From contig JBJXHF010000057.1 of the NCBI GenBank assembly GCA_046160805.1, positions 43,432-107,431 of the forward strand: a DNA stretch of 64,000 nt, read 5' to 3'. Both the position numbers and the translations under genes were made by a program. Positions 17,531 to 25,444 of the stretch are shown one piece after another (position 1 is the stretch's first letter; the number at the start of each line of letters is the position of its first letter). This DNA is from Pyrinomonadaceae bacterium (lineage in GTDB: Bacteria; Acidobacteriota; Blastocatellia; Pyrinomonadales; Pyrinomonadaceae). The notes under the pieces were generated by a model. It searched no databases and was not told the DNA's origin. It worked only from the letters and a program-made list of their open reading frames with translations.

Positions 17531-17752
17531 TCAGACATGCTCACTTGGCTAATAACTTGGCTTATCCTTGACTAATCTTCGGCGATTATCATTTTCGCGG
17601 ATGACGTTGCGTTCGAGCGAATCGTATATCTGCAGATCGATCTTTATTTCTTGTGGCATTTGGCCAGTCTGAGCCGACGCGACTATCACCACCTCGTCAC
17701 CGAAACGGTGCCACTGCTCTGGCAGGAGGGAGTTGGCTTTGTGCCTTGTTTC

Positions 17753-18898
17753 TTATTCAAATAGCCTGATGTATTGATCAAACAAGAATACTTGATGGCG
17801 AATGTTTCCGGTGACCTCGCGAAGATATCCTGCTTCTACAAAACTGTTTACGAGAGAACTTGTAGCTTTTTTGCTCAGGCCGCAGATCCTTTGAACTTCG
17901 AGCTTGGTTACGACCGGCTGTTTGAATAGCGCGTTAAGCAAAGTGATAGCGGAAAGACTACGCTTTCCGAATGATTGTGCAATTTCAGCTTCCAGTCGTA
18001 ATTTCAGGGCCAATATATTTCCCAAGGTTTCTACGGCCTTGGTCGCGGTTTGCTCTACACCGACAAGAAAATATCGAAGCCAAGTCAGCAGATCGTTCTT
18101 TTCACGAACTTTAGTCAGGTTGTCATAGTACAGCGTCCGGTTTCCTTCAAAAAATGATGAAAGGTAAAGCAGCGGCTTTTCCAATATGCGCTCGCCTACC
18201 AGATATAACGTGATCAGTAAACGGCCGACACGGCCGTTGCCGTCGAGAAATGGATGAATAGTTTCAAATTGATAATGAGCAAGACCTATGCGTATCAATG
18301 CGGGTACGTGAATGCTCTTGTTATGAAGAAATTTCTCCAGATCGCTCATTAATTCAGGAACCAGTATGTGCGCAGGCGGGATAAATGCCGCATCGGCTAA
18401 GGACGCTCCGCCGATCCAATTCTGACTCGTACGAAACTTACCAGGCGTTTTGGACTCGCCGCGCACGCCCTGCATTAAGATCTTATGAGATTCCCGTAAT
18501 AGTCGTGAGGACAGAGGAAGTTTCTCCAATGACTTAATGGACTCATTCAAGGCGTGAGTATAATTCTGAACTTCGGTCCAATCGTCACGTTTTTCGGGCC
18601 GGATCTCTTCAAAAGGGAGGAGAGCTTCGTTCATTGTTGTTTGAGTTCCCTCGATGCGACTCGATACAACAGCTTCTTTTGTAACGTGGAGATGAATGAA
18701 AAGGTCGATATTGGGTACGAGCCGTGCAAACGAATTGAGCTCGCCAAGTTTGATCGAGGCTTTCTCTAAGAGTTCATTGAGTGTGCCGTCAGTCCATTCC
18801 CATTGGGTATTTACTGGCTGAGGAACAAAATACCGGTAATCGTAACCTTTTTCGTATTTTCCGGCCTTATAGGCTTCAATTGTTTGTGTTTGGTTCAT
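17753..18898 (-). CDS. fic: Fic family protein (AMPylator-type, with N-terminal inhibitory motif and C-terminal winged-helix)
   Basis: 381 aa. Fic active-site motif HPFLDGNGRVGR. Autoinhibition motif S-x-x-x-E-G in VVSSRIEGTQ. The C-terminal LSKKATSSLVNSFVEAGYL resembles a wHTH. Confidence 0.9.
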   Translation of the reverse strand: MNQTQTIEAYKAGKYEKGYDYRYFVPQPVNTQWEWTDGTLNELLEKASIKLGELNSFARLVPNIDLFIHLHVTKEAVVSSRIEGTQTTMNEALLPFEEIRPEKRDDWTEVQNYTHALNESIKSLEKLPLSSRLLRESHKILMQGVRGESKTPGKFRTSQNWIGGASLADAAFIPPAHILVPELMSDLEKFLHNKSIHVPALIRIGLAHYQFETIHPFLDGNGRVGRLLITLYLVGERILEKPLLYLSSFFEGNRTLYYDNLTKVREKNDLLTWLRYFLVGVEQTATKAVETLGNILALKLRLEAEIAQSFGKRSLSAITLLNALFKQPVVTKLEVQRICGLSKKATSSLVNSFVEAGYLREVTGNIRHQVFLFDQYIRLFE

Positions 18899-18905
18899 GA
18901 TGCGG

Positions 18906-18977
18906 AAAGTAAACTTATTTTTCCGTAAGTTTACTTTACGCCATTAAAGTAAACTTAGCAACACTTAAGTTTACTTT
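18906..18977. promoter_or_regulatory. four 12-bp half-sites forming two identical perfect palindromes (putative fic operator)
   Basis: AAAGTAAACTTA (18906-18917), N8, TAAGTTTACTTT (18926-18937), N8, AAAGTAAACTTA (18946-18957), N8, TAAGTTTACTTT (18966-18977). All four half-sites are perfect with 20-bp phasing. The array starts 8 bp upstream of the fic ATG. Confidence 0.8.
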
Positions 18978-19159
18978 CGCACCTCTTCCGCATCCTAAGT
19001 ACGGTCAGGCTCTCCCACCACCTCGCTTGACTCATAACTTGACTCATACTTGACTAATGAGACGTTCAAAGACCGCCGGTTATTCGCCTAAATTGCGGCT
19101 ATTCGTTAAAATTTAGCTGTTATAGGACAAAGACTTGGGAGTCGGCGGTTGGGAGGAAG

Positions 19160-20287
19160 ATGCCTTTAGCTTCGATTGAGGATGCGGCGCGGGATATCAG
19201 CGACGGCAAGATGATCATCGTGGTCGATGACGAAGACCGTGAGAATGAGGGCGATCTTGTGTGTGCGGCGGAGAAGGTGACGCCGGAGATCGTTAATTTT
19301 ATGGCGGTGCACGGGCGTGGGTTGATATGTTTGCCCATGACCGAGGAACGGTGTAATGAGCTGCAGTTGTTTCCGCAGACGACGGAGAATACCTCGCATT
19401 TGGGGACGGCGTTTACGACTTCGATCGAGGCCCGTGAGGGCGTGACGACGGGGATTTCGGCGGCTGATCGGGCGAAGACGATATTGACCGCCGTTGATCC
19501 GAATTCGCGCGCGTCCGATTTGGCTCGGCCGGGGCATGTGTTTCCTTTGCGGGCTAAGAACGGCGGCGTACTGGTGCGCGTCGGGCAGACGGAGGCGAGC
19601 GTTGATTTAGCGCGAATTGCTGGATTGCAACCGGCGGCCGTGATCTGCGAGATAATGAACGACGACGGCACGATGGCTCGGATGCCGGAGTTGGAAGTGT
19701 TTGCCGCGAAGCACGATCTGAAGATCGTTTCCGTTGCCGATCTTGTGCGGTATCGCATCCACAAAGAGATGCTTGTGCGGCGGATCGTCGAGGCTGACCT
19801 GCCGACCGCGTATGGTTTGTTTCGCGCCGTGCTTTATGAGAACGAGGTCAACGGCGAGACGCATGTCGCATTGACGATGGGCGACATTTCGAGTGCAACC
19901 GAGCCTGTGATGGTGCGCGTCCAAACCGAGAATGTCACGTTTGCGATGTTTGGCGCCACTCTCGGCGAGGCGTCGAACGCGGTGCAAACCTCTCTCCAAA
20001 AAATCTCAGAAGCAGGGTATGGCGTCATACTGTATTTGCGCCAGCGCGAGAATAACCTCGACCTGGTGAATCAGCTTAGGACCTATGCGCTGATGCAGCA
20101 GCGCGGACTTGATTTTCAGACGGCTAAGCGCGAGACCGGTTACGGAAAAGTGCACGATTATGGCATCGGAGCGCAGATTCTAAAGGATTTGGGCGTCAAG
20201 AAAATACGGCTTTTGTCGAATCATCCGCCGCGCGTTAGCGCGCTGGATGCGTTTGATCTGGAGATAGTCGAGACGGTGAGCTTGTAA
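19160..20287 (+). CDS. ribB: 3,4-dihydroxy-2-butanone-4-phosphate synthase fused to a degenerate GTP cyclohydrolase II-like domain (RibBX-like)
   Basis: The N-terminal DHBP synthase is intact ([25 protein letters not shown]). Where E. coli RibA has HSEC and RCDCG, the C-terminal domain reads QTEN and LGEAS, so all three zinc-ligand cysteines are absent. Confidence 0.85.
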   Translation: MPLASIEDAARDISDGKMIIVVDDEDRENEGDLVCAAEKVTPEIVNFMAVHGRGLICLPMTEERCNELQLFPQTTENTSHLGTAFTTSIEAREGVTTGISAADRAKTILTAVDPNSRASDLARPGHVFPLRAKNGGVLVRVGQTEASVDLARIAGLQPAAVICEIMNDDGTMARMPELEVFAAKHDLKIVSVADLVRYRIHKEMLVRRIVEADLPTAYGLFRAVLYENEVNGETHVALTMGDISSATEPVMVRVQTENVTFAMFGATLGEASNAVQTSLQKISEAGYGVILYLRQRENNLDLVNQLRTYALMQQRGLDFQTAKRETGYGKVHDYGIGAQILKDLGVKKIRLLSNHPPRVSALDAFDLEIVETVSL

Positions 20288-20290
20288 AAA

Positions 20291-20332
20291 TTGAGAACGG
20301 AGAATTGAGAACGGAGAATTGAGAACGGAGAA
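20291..20332 (+). repeat. 3 x 14-bp perfect tandem repeat TTGAGAACGGAGAA ending at the tamB start codon
   Basis: Units at 20291-20304, 20305-20318 and 20319-20332. Each carries GGAG. The last GGAG serves as the SD, and the final A is the first base of the tamB ATG. Confidence 0.9.
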
Positions 20333-23300
20333 TGCCGGAAGAAGAAATCGAAAAAACGGAACGCGAGGAACCGAAACGGCGTCGACGTTTTTTTACTCGG
20401 CGCAATACGATGATCGTCGCCGGGCTGGCTGCGGTGCTGATCGTTTTGCTCGGGCTTCTTTCGGTCGTTACTTATCGCTACGGCGTATATGACAATTATG
20501 TAAAGAATCAGTTCGTTGCGAAGATGGCGGACATTGGGATCGTTTTTAGCGCGGACGTTTTTCGCGTGACGGTTAATCCGCTTGAGCTTGAGCTGAAGAA
20601 CGCGACGTTTAACGACAAAGTGAGCGGCGAGAAGCTTTTTTTCATACGCGATGCGCGGCTCAGGATGAGCGTTACGAATTTGTATGCGTGGCAGTTGAGC
20701 CGTGACATCAGCATCGACAAAACCGAGATTACGGGTGCCGAGGCATGGGTAAAGTTTGACGAAAACGGGCGGTCGAATTTTTCAAATCTCAAGCTGGTCG
20801 AGGATGCGGCGGGAACACGCGTCAATTTTAAATACGACACGATCGATCTTTCGCTAACGGAAAGCATTGTGCATTTTGGCGATTTGTCGCGAAAGATTTC
20901 GGGCAATGCGAGGAATGTTTTGTTTCTGCTATCACCGGAAAATCGCAGCGTGCCGGACGAGCAGAAACGGTATAAGTTCGAGATCGCATCGACCGATTCT
21001 AATTTTGTTTATGATGAGAGCTCGATTGAAAATATCGATCTTCGTGTTGCCGGCATTGCCCATGATCGCGGTGCCGAGATCACAAACTTTGAACTGAGAA
21101 CGCCAATCGGCGAATCTACATTGACGGGGACGCTTGTTGATTGGGCCGCCCCGAGATACGAGTTTGATATTCAATCGACGGTCGATCTGACGCAGGCTTC
21201 GAGCATTTTGCCAATCGGAACTTCTCTTGTCGGTGTTGGCAATTTTAGAGGCAAGGTCACGGGCCAGGGCGAGACTTATCGCATAGAAGGCGAGGCCGAC
21301 GCGGCAAGTTTACGTGCCGACGGAGTTTTTCTAAAGGCCATCGATGTTACGGCGACGGTCGAGGGCACAAATTCGAATTACGAAGCGAACGGAACAGCCG
21401 TTGCGGAGATGTTGACGTTTGAGGATTTTCGCGTTGATTTTCTAAAGCTTGCGGGAAATGTTCGCGGGACGGGAACGGACTTTCGTTGGCTTGGCGATTT
21501 GCAGGCGGCGGCGGCGAAATCCAACAAGCTTTCGCTAGGCGGTTTGTTTCTTCGAGACGCGACGGCGGAATTCAGGGACAGAGAGCTGCGAGCCGAAGCT
21601 CGCAGCGGACGAGCACAGAAATTTTCGATCAAAGATATTGAGTTCACCGAGTTGCTGGCCGACAACCTGAAATTCTCGGCAATTGACGACACGATAAACT
21701 TGTCCGCGCCGGGCGCCCGGGCACGATCTTTTTCGTCGAAAGATTACAATCTGAAAAACATTGCCGGGCGAAACATACGCATCAAAAACCGTGGGAATGA
21801 AACGAACGTCGATATCAACGGCTTAACTGCGACTGGCGGAGAGATAAAAGGAGCGAAGGCTAGACGGGTGACGGCGGACACAGTGAGTGTCGTCGATCTG
21901 CCAAGAACGACCGGCGTTACGGCGAAGAATCTTCGCGTTGAACAGTTGGATGTAAACGGCGCGCGAGTTGACGGCGTAGAGGCGCCTTCGGTCGAGCTTG
22001 AGAATGTTACTGATGGTCCACTGACGATTTATTCGGACAAGGTGCGTGTTGCGAAGATTGACGCGGGCTCCGCTGTGCTCGGCAGTTTGAATATCGGCGG
22101 CGTTAGGCTGACCGTTCGGCAGGGCCGCGTTGAAGCGAGGTCCGACGACATCGACGCGGGCAACGTGACGCTCGCGAAAACACAAACTCTGCCCGACGGC
22201 GGCCAGCTTGAAGCCGTAAAAATCGTCAAGCCGGTTTATATTCTTGAACCTTCGGGACGCTACCGCGTGACAGCCGATATGAGCCTCGGCGGTGGAGCGG
22301 TTGGCAGCGTCGCGCTCGGCGCGGCTAAGGCGAAGGTCGAGGCGGACAACAACCGCGTCGCGCTCAACGAGCTTTCCGCCGACGTGATGGAAGGGCAGTT
22401 GAATGGCCGTGCTGTGATAGCTCTAAACAACCGCAGCTTGTCCACGCTTAACGGCGATTTTACAAATCTCGACATCGCAAAGATCATCGCGCTTTCTGGC
22501 GGCGGCATTACGCCGATCGAGGGACAGACAACAGGACGCGTCGATCTGACATTTGCGGGAACGAATTTTCGCAACGCTTCGGGTACTTTGAACGCAGATA
22601 TCACTGCCAACGCCGGCAATGCAGATAGCGGGCTGATACCGGTCAACGGCGAAGTGAGATTGAGTGCGACCAACGGTCTTTTCAACATCGATGTTGCCAA
22701 TCTCAGAACTGCTAACAGCTCGCTGACCGCAAACGGCCGTTTTGATCTAAAAGATCAAGACTCCAACCTCGCGTTCGCTTTGAGATCGACGGACGCGTCA
22801 GAGATTGATCGATTGATTCGCGTACTGAACGTATCTGATGAGCTTGAGAATCAACTCGATTCGATGCAGGTTGCGCTAGCCGGTAATCTGACGTTTGATG
22901 GTACGCTGACTGGAAATTTATCCGATCCGACGATTGATGGAAAGGCTTCGCTTGATTCGCTTCTCCTTCGCGGGCGAGAGATGGGCAGTGTTGCAACGGA
23001 CATATCGGTGTCGCCGATTGAGGTTAACCTGACGAACGGCAAGCTGCAGGACAGAAGCGGCGGAAGTGCGTTGTTTAGCGTCAATATTCCGAGAACCGGT
23101 ATAAACAACGTTGCGGTGAAAGCGACGCTTACGAATATTAACGCAGGTAATCTGCTCGCGGCTTTGCCGATAGAACTGCCGGAGAAGATTCGCGATCTCG
23201 ACGGACAAACATCGGGAATGGTAGATATTAGCGGCTTGCCGAACAGTGCGCAGGGTGCGGTCGATCTTTCCGCCGCAAGAGGCGTAATTGCGGGACAGGC

Positions 23301-25431
23301 TTTCGATGATTTGAATGTCAAAGCGACGTTTAGCGGAACGCGGATCGATCTACAGACGGCCGAGATGCAGCTTGGCGCGGGCCGGCTCAGCGCGATTGGA
23401 AGTTATGACCGCTCGTCGTCGGATTTTGTTGCCGACCTGACAAGCAAGGGCGTTCCGCTGCCGCTTGTGCTGGCGCTCGTTCCAAAAAATGCGAGCATTC
23501 CCGACGTGCGTGGCGATGTGGATTTTACAGCAAAGGCAACAGGTTCGTTTGATAGGCCTGCGACATATAATGTCAATTTTAGCGGCGTCGCGCCGAATGT
23601 CATTGTCAATGAATCGTCGCTCGGCAACGTTGCGTTCAAAGGGCAGACCGTGAATCAAATGCTGTCAGCCGATCTCACTGCGACTCTCGATGGCCGCCCA
23701 CAAACAATAAACGCGACGATAAATTTGGCGAATGAAAATTTGCCGTTCATGGCGGTGACAGAGTTCAACCAAAGTCCCATTTCGCCTTTTATCGCTTTTA
23801 TTCCGCAGCTAAAAGATTTGCCCATTACTGGAACTGGCACGGGACGAATCGAGTTTGGAGGGAACCTTGCAGGGCTTGACGATAAAGGTGTTCGTGTTTA
23901 TTCGGCTGAAAATCTGAGCGGCACGGCCGAGTTTAGCCAGCTTGCGCTACAGATACAGAACACCCCGCTTTCGGCTGCGGAGCCGGTTCTAATCAGGTTC
24001 AACACGCGTGAGATCGTGTTTGAAAAAGCGCGGTTCTCGGGCGGTGGATCGAATATGACGATAGCCGGAACGAAGGCGTTGACGGACACAGGTATCAATA
24101 ACTTGGCAATTGACGGCCGCGTGAATTTGTCGCTGCTCAACCTTGTCGCGAACGATACATTTTTTGCCGGTTATGTTGACACGTCCATCAGGTTCATCGG
24201 GCCGAATTCGACGGCCAGGATCTCGGGCACGGCGAACATTGTAAACGGCTCGGTGGCGACGCTTCTTGGGTCGGACCGTTTTACGGTTGACCGCCTCAAG
24301 GCTCGCGTCATTTTTACCTCGAATCAGGTCGAGATTGAGGAAGCGACCGGTTTTCTCGGGGGCGGAAAATTTACTGGCAGCGGCGGCGGCATTATCGACG
24401 GCCTTGCGGTGCAGGCTTTTCGATTTTCGCTTGATGGTAATAATGTGACGGTTCCGCTGCCGAAGGATTTTGTGACGACAGGCGACGCGCAGCTTGAGAT
24501 CACCGGCGTTCGCGAGAACCCTGCGCAAGATCTGCAGCTTACCATCGGCGGGCGTGTGTTCGCGCGTCGGAGTGTTTATTCAAAGGACATCGATCTTGCA
24601 AATCTGGTCAGCGGGCGGCGCGATCCGGTGTTGACGAGCGGCGGCGGGGCGTTGACGGTGCCGCGATTCGATCTTGTGATCGAAGGCCGCGATGCTCTGA
24701 TAGTGAAAAACAACATCGCCGATCTTACGGCATCGGTGTCGTTGGTTTTAACGGGCGACGCTGAAAATCCGCGCATTTCGGGCCGCATAACTGCGAACAG
24801 CGGAACGATACTTTTCCGAAAGGACAGATATCAGGTTCAGCGCGGCGTGCTTGAGTTTCCGCCGGATACCGCGATTGAGCCGATAATTAATCTTCAGGCC
24901 GAATCCGAGATCGCGGGCTATCAGGTTTTTGTAAATTTATCGGGTCCGCTAAAGGATTCCGAGCTGCTTTCGGCGACCGTGCGTTCGAGCCCGGCCTTGC
25001 CGCAGGCCGATGTTGTTTCGCTTATCACGACCGGCAATCTGACAAATACTCTTGGCGGCATTCCGACCTTAGCACAAACCGGCATCAACACCGCCGCCGA
25101 AATTTTGACAGATACCATCATCAATGATCCAGCGAGAAAAGCTACAGACAGGTTGTTTGGCCTTAACGTTTTCGAGATCGACCCGATCGTGTCGGGCCAG
25201 AATCTGACCAATCCTTCGGCGCGTCTTACGGTCGGACGGCAGATCAACAACAGGCTGCGTGTGACTTATTCGACCAATCTGTCACAGGACCAAAACCAGG
25301 TGTTGGCGCTCGAATATCGTGTGTCGAACAAGCTGTCGCTTGTCGCGCAGTATGAGCAGCGCGCGCTTAGCAACGTCACGCGAAACCGCGACAATTTTAG
25401 TTTTGAAGTTCGGTTCCGCAGGAGATTTTAA
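20332..25431 (+). CDS. tamB: translocation and assembly module protein TamB (DUF490)
   Basis: 1699 aa. N-terminal membrane anchor (MIVAGLAAVLIVLLGLLSVV), a long repetitive beta-rich body, and a C-terminal DUF490-type end (TVGRQINNRLRVTYSTNL...ALEYRVSNKLSLVAQYE). Confidence 0.88.
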   Translation: MPEEEIEKTEREEPKRRRRFFTRRNTMIVAGLAAVLIVLLGLLSVVTYRYGVYDNYVKNQFVAKMADIGIVFSADVFRVTVNPLELELKNATFNDKVSGEKLFFIRDARLRMSVTNLYAWQLSRDISIDKTEITGAEAWVKFDENGRSNFSNLKLVEDAAGTRVNFKYDTIDLSLTESIVHFGDLSRKISGNARNVLFLLSPENRSVPDEQKRYKFEIASTDSNFVYDESSIENIDLRVAGIAHDRGAEITNFELRTPIGESTLTGTLVDWAAPRYEFDIQSTVDLTQASSILPIGTSLVGVGNFRGKVTGQGETYRIEGEADAASLRADGVFLKAIDVTATVEGTNSNYEANGTAVAEMLTFEDFRVDFLKLAGNVRGTGTDFRWLGDLQAAAAKSNKLSLGGLFLRDATAEFRDRELRAEARSGRAQKFSIKDIEFTELLADNLKFSAIDDTINLSAPGARARSFSSKDYNLKNIAGRNIRIKNRGNETNVDINGLTATGGEIKGAKARRVTADTVSVVDLPRTTGVTAKNLRVEQLDVNGARVDGVEAPSVELENVTDGPLTIYSDKVRVAKIDAGSAVLGSLNIGGVRLTVRQGRVEARSDDIDAGNVTLAKTQTLPDGGQLEAVKIVKPVYILEPSGRYRVTADMSLGGGAVGSVALGAAKAKVEADNNRVALNELSADVMEGQLNGRAVIALNNRSLSTLNGDFTNLDIAKIIALSGGGITPIEGQTTGRVDLTFAGTNFRNASGTLNADITANAGNADSGLIPVNGEVRLSATNGLFNIDVANLRTANSSLTANGRFDLKDQDSNLAFALRSTDASEIDRLIRVLNVSDELENQLDSMQVALAGNLTFDGTLTGNLSDPTIDGKASLDSLLLRGREMGSVATDISVSPIEVNLTNGKLQDRSGGSALFSVNIPRTGINNVAVKATLTNINAGNLLAALPIELPEKIRDLDGQTSGMVDISGLPNSAQGAVDLSAARGVIAGQAFDDLNVKATFSGTRIDLQTAEMQLGAGRLSAIGSYDRSSSDFVADLTSKGVPLPLVLALVPKNASIPDVRGDVDFTAKATGSFDRPATYNVNFSGVAPNVIVNESSLGNVAFKGQTVNQMLSADLTATLDGRPQTINATINLANENLPFMAVTEFNQSPISPFIAFIPQLKDLPITGTGTGRIEFGGNLAGLDDKGVRVYSAENLSGTAEFSQLALQIQNTPLSAAEPVLIRFNTREIVFEKARFSGGGSNMTIAGTKALTDTGINNLAIDGRVNLSLLNLVANDTFFAGYVDTSIRFIGPNSTARISGTANIVNGSVATLLGSDRFTVDRLKARVIFTSNQVEIEEATGFLGGGKFTGSGGGIIDGLAVQAFRFSLDGNNVTVPLPKDFVTTGDAQLEITGVRENPAQDLQLTIGGRVFARRSVYSKDIDLANLVSGRRDPVLTSGGGALTVPRFDLVIEGRDALIVKNNIADLTASVSLVLTGDAENPRISGRITANSGTILFRKDRYQVQRGVLEFPPDTAIEPIINLQAESEIAGYQVFVNLSGPLKDSELLSATVRSSPALPQADVVSLITTGNLTNTLGGIPTLAQTGINTAAEILTDTIINDPARKATDRLFGLNVFEIDPIVSGQNLTNPSARLTVGRQINNRLRVTYSTNLSQDQNQVLALEYRVSNKLSLVAQYEQRALSNVTRNRDNFSFEVRFRRRF

Positions 25432-25444
25432 GCCGCCTTATCTG

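Noticed and set aside
17575-17752. Possible small antitoxin-like ORF downstream of fic (the minus-strand frame reads ..LLPEQWHRFGDEVVIVASAQTGQMPQEIKIDLQIYDSLERNVIREND..)
   Set aside because: The only ATG gives a 36-aa product without an SD. The frame opens directly from the fic stop region. I recognised no family. It may be a remnant but is not supportable as a feature.
18980-19159. FMN riboswitch expected upstream of the ribB-like gene
   Set aside because: I could not find the conserved RFN core elements in the 180-bp leader. The region is instead occupied by TTGACT repeats and the fic operator.
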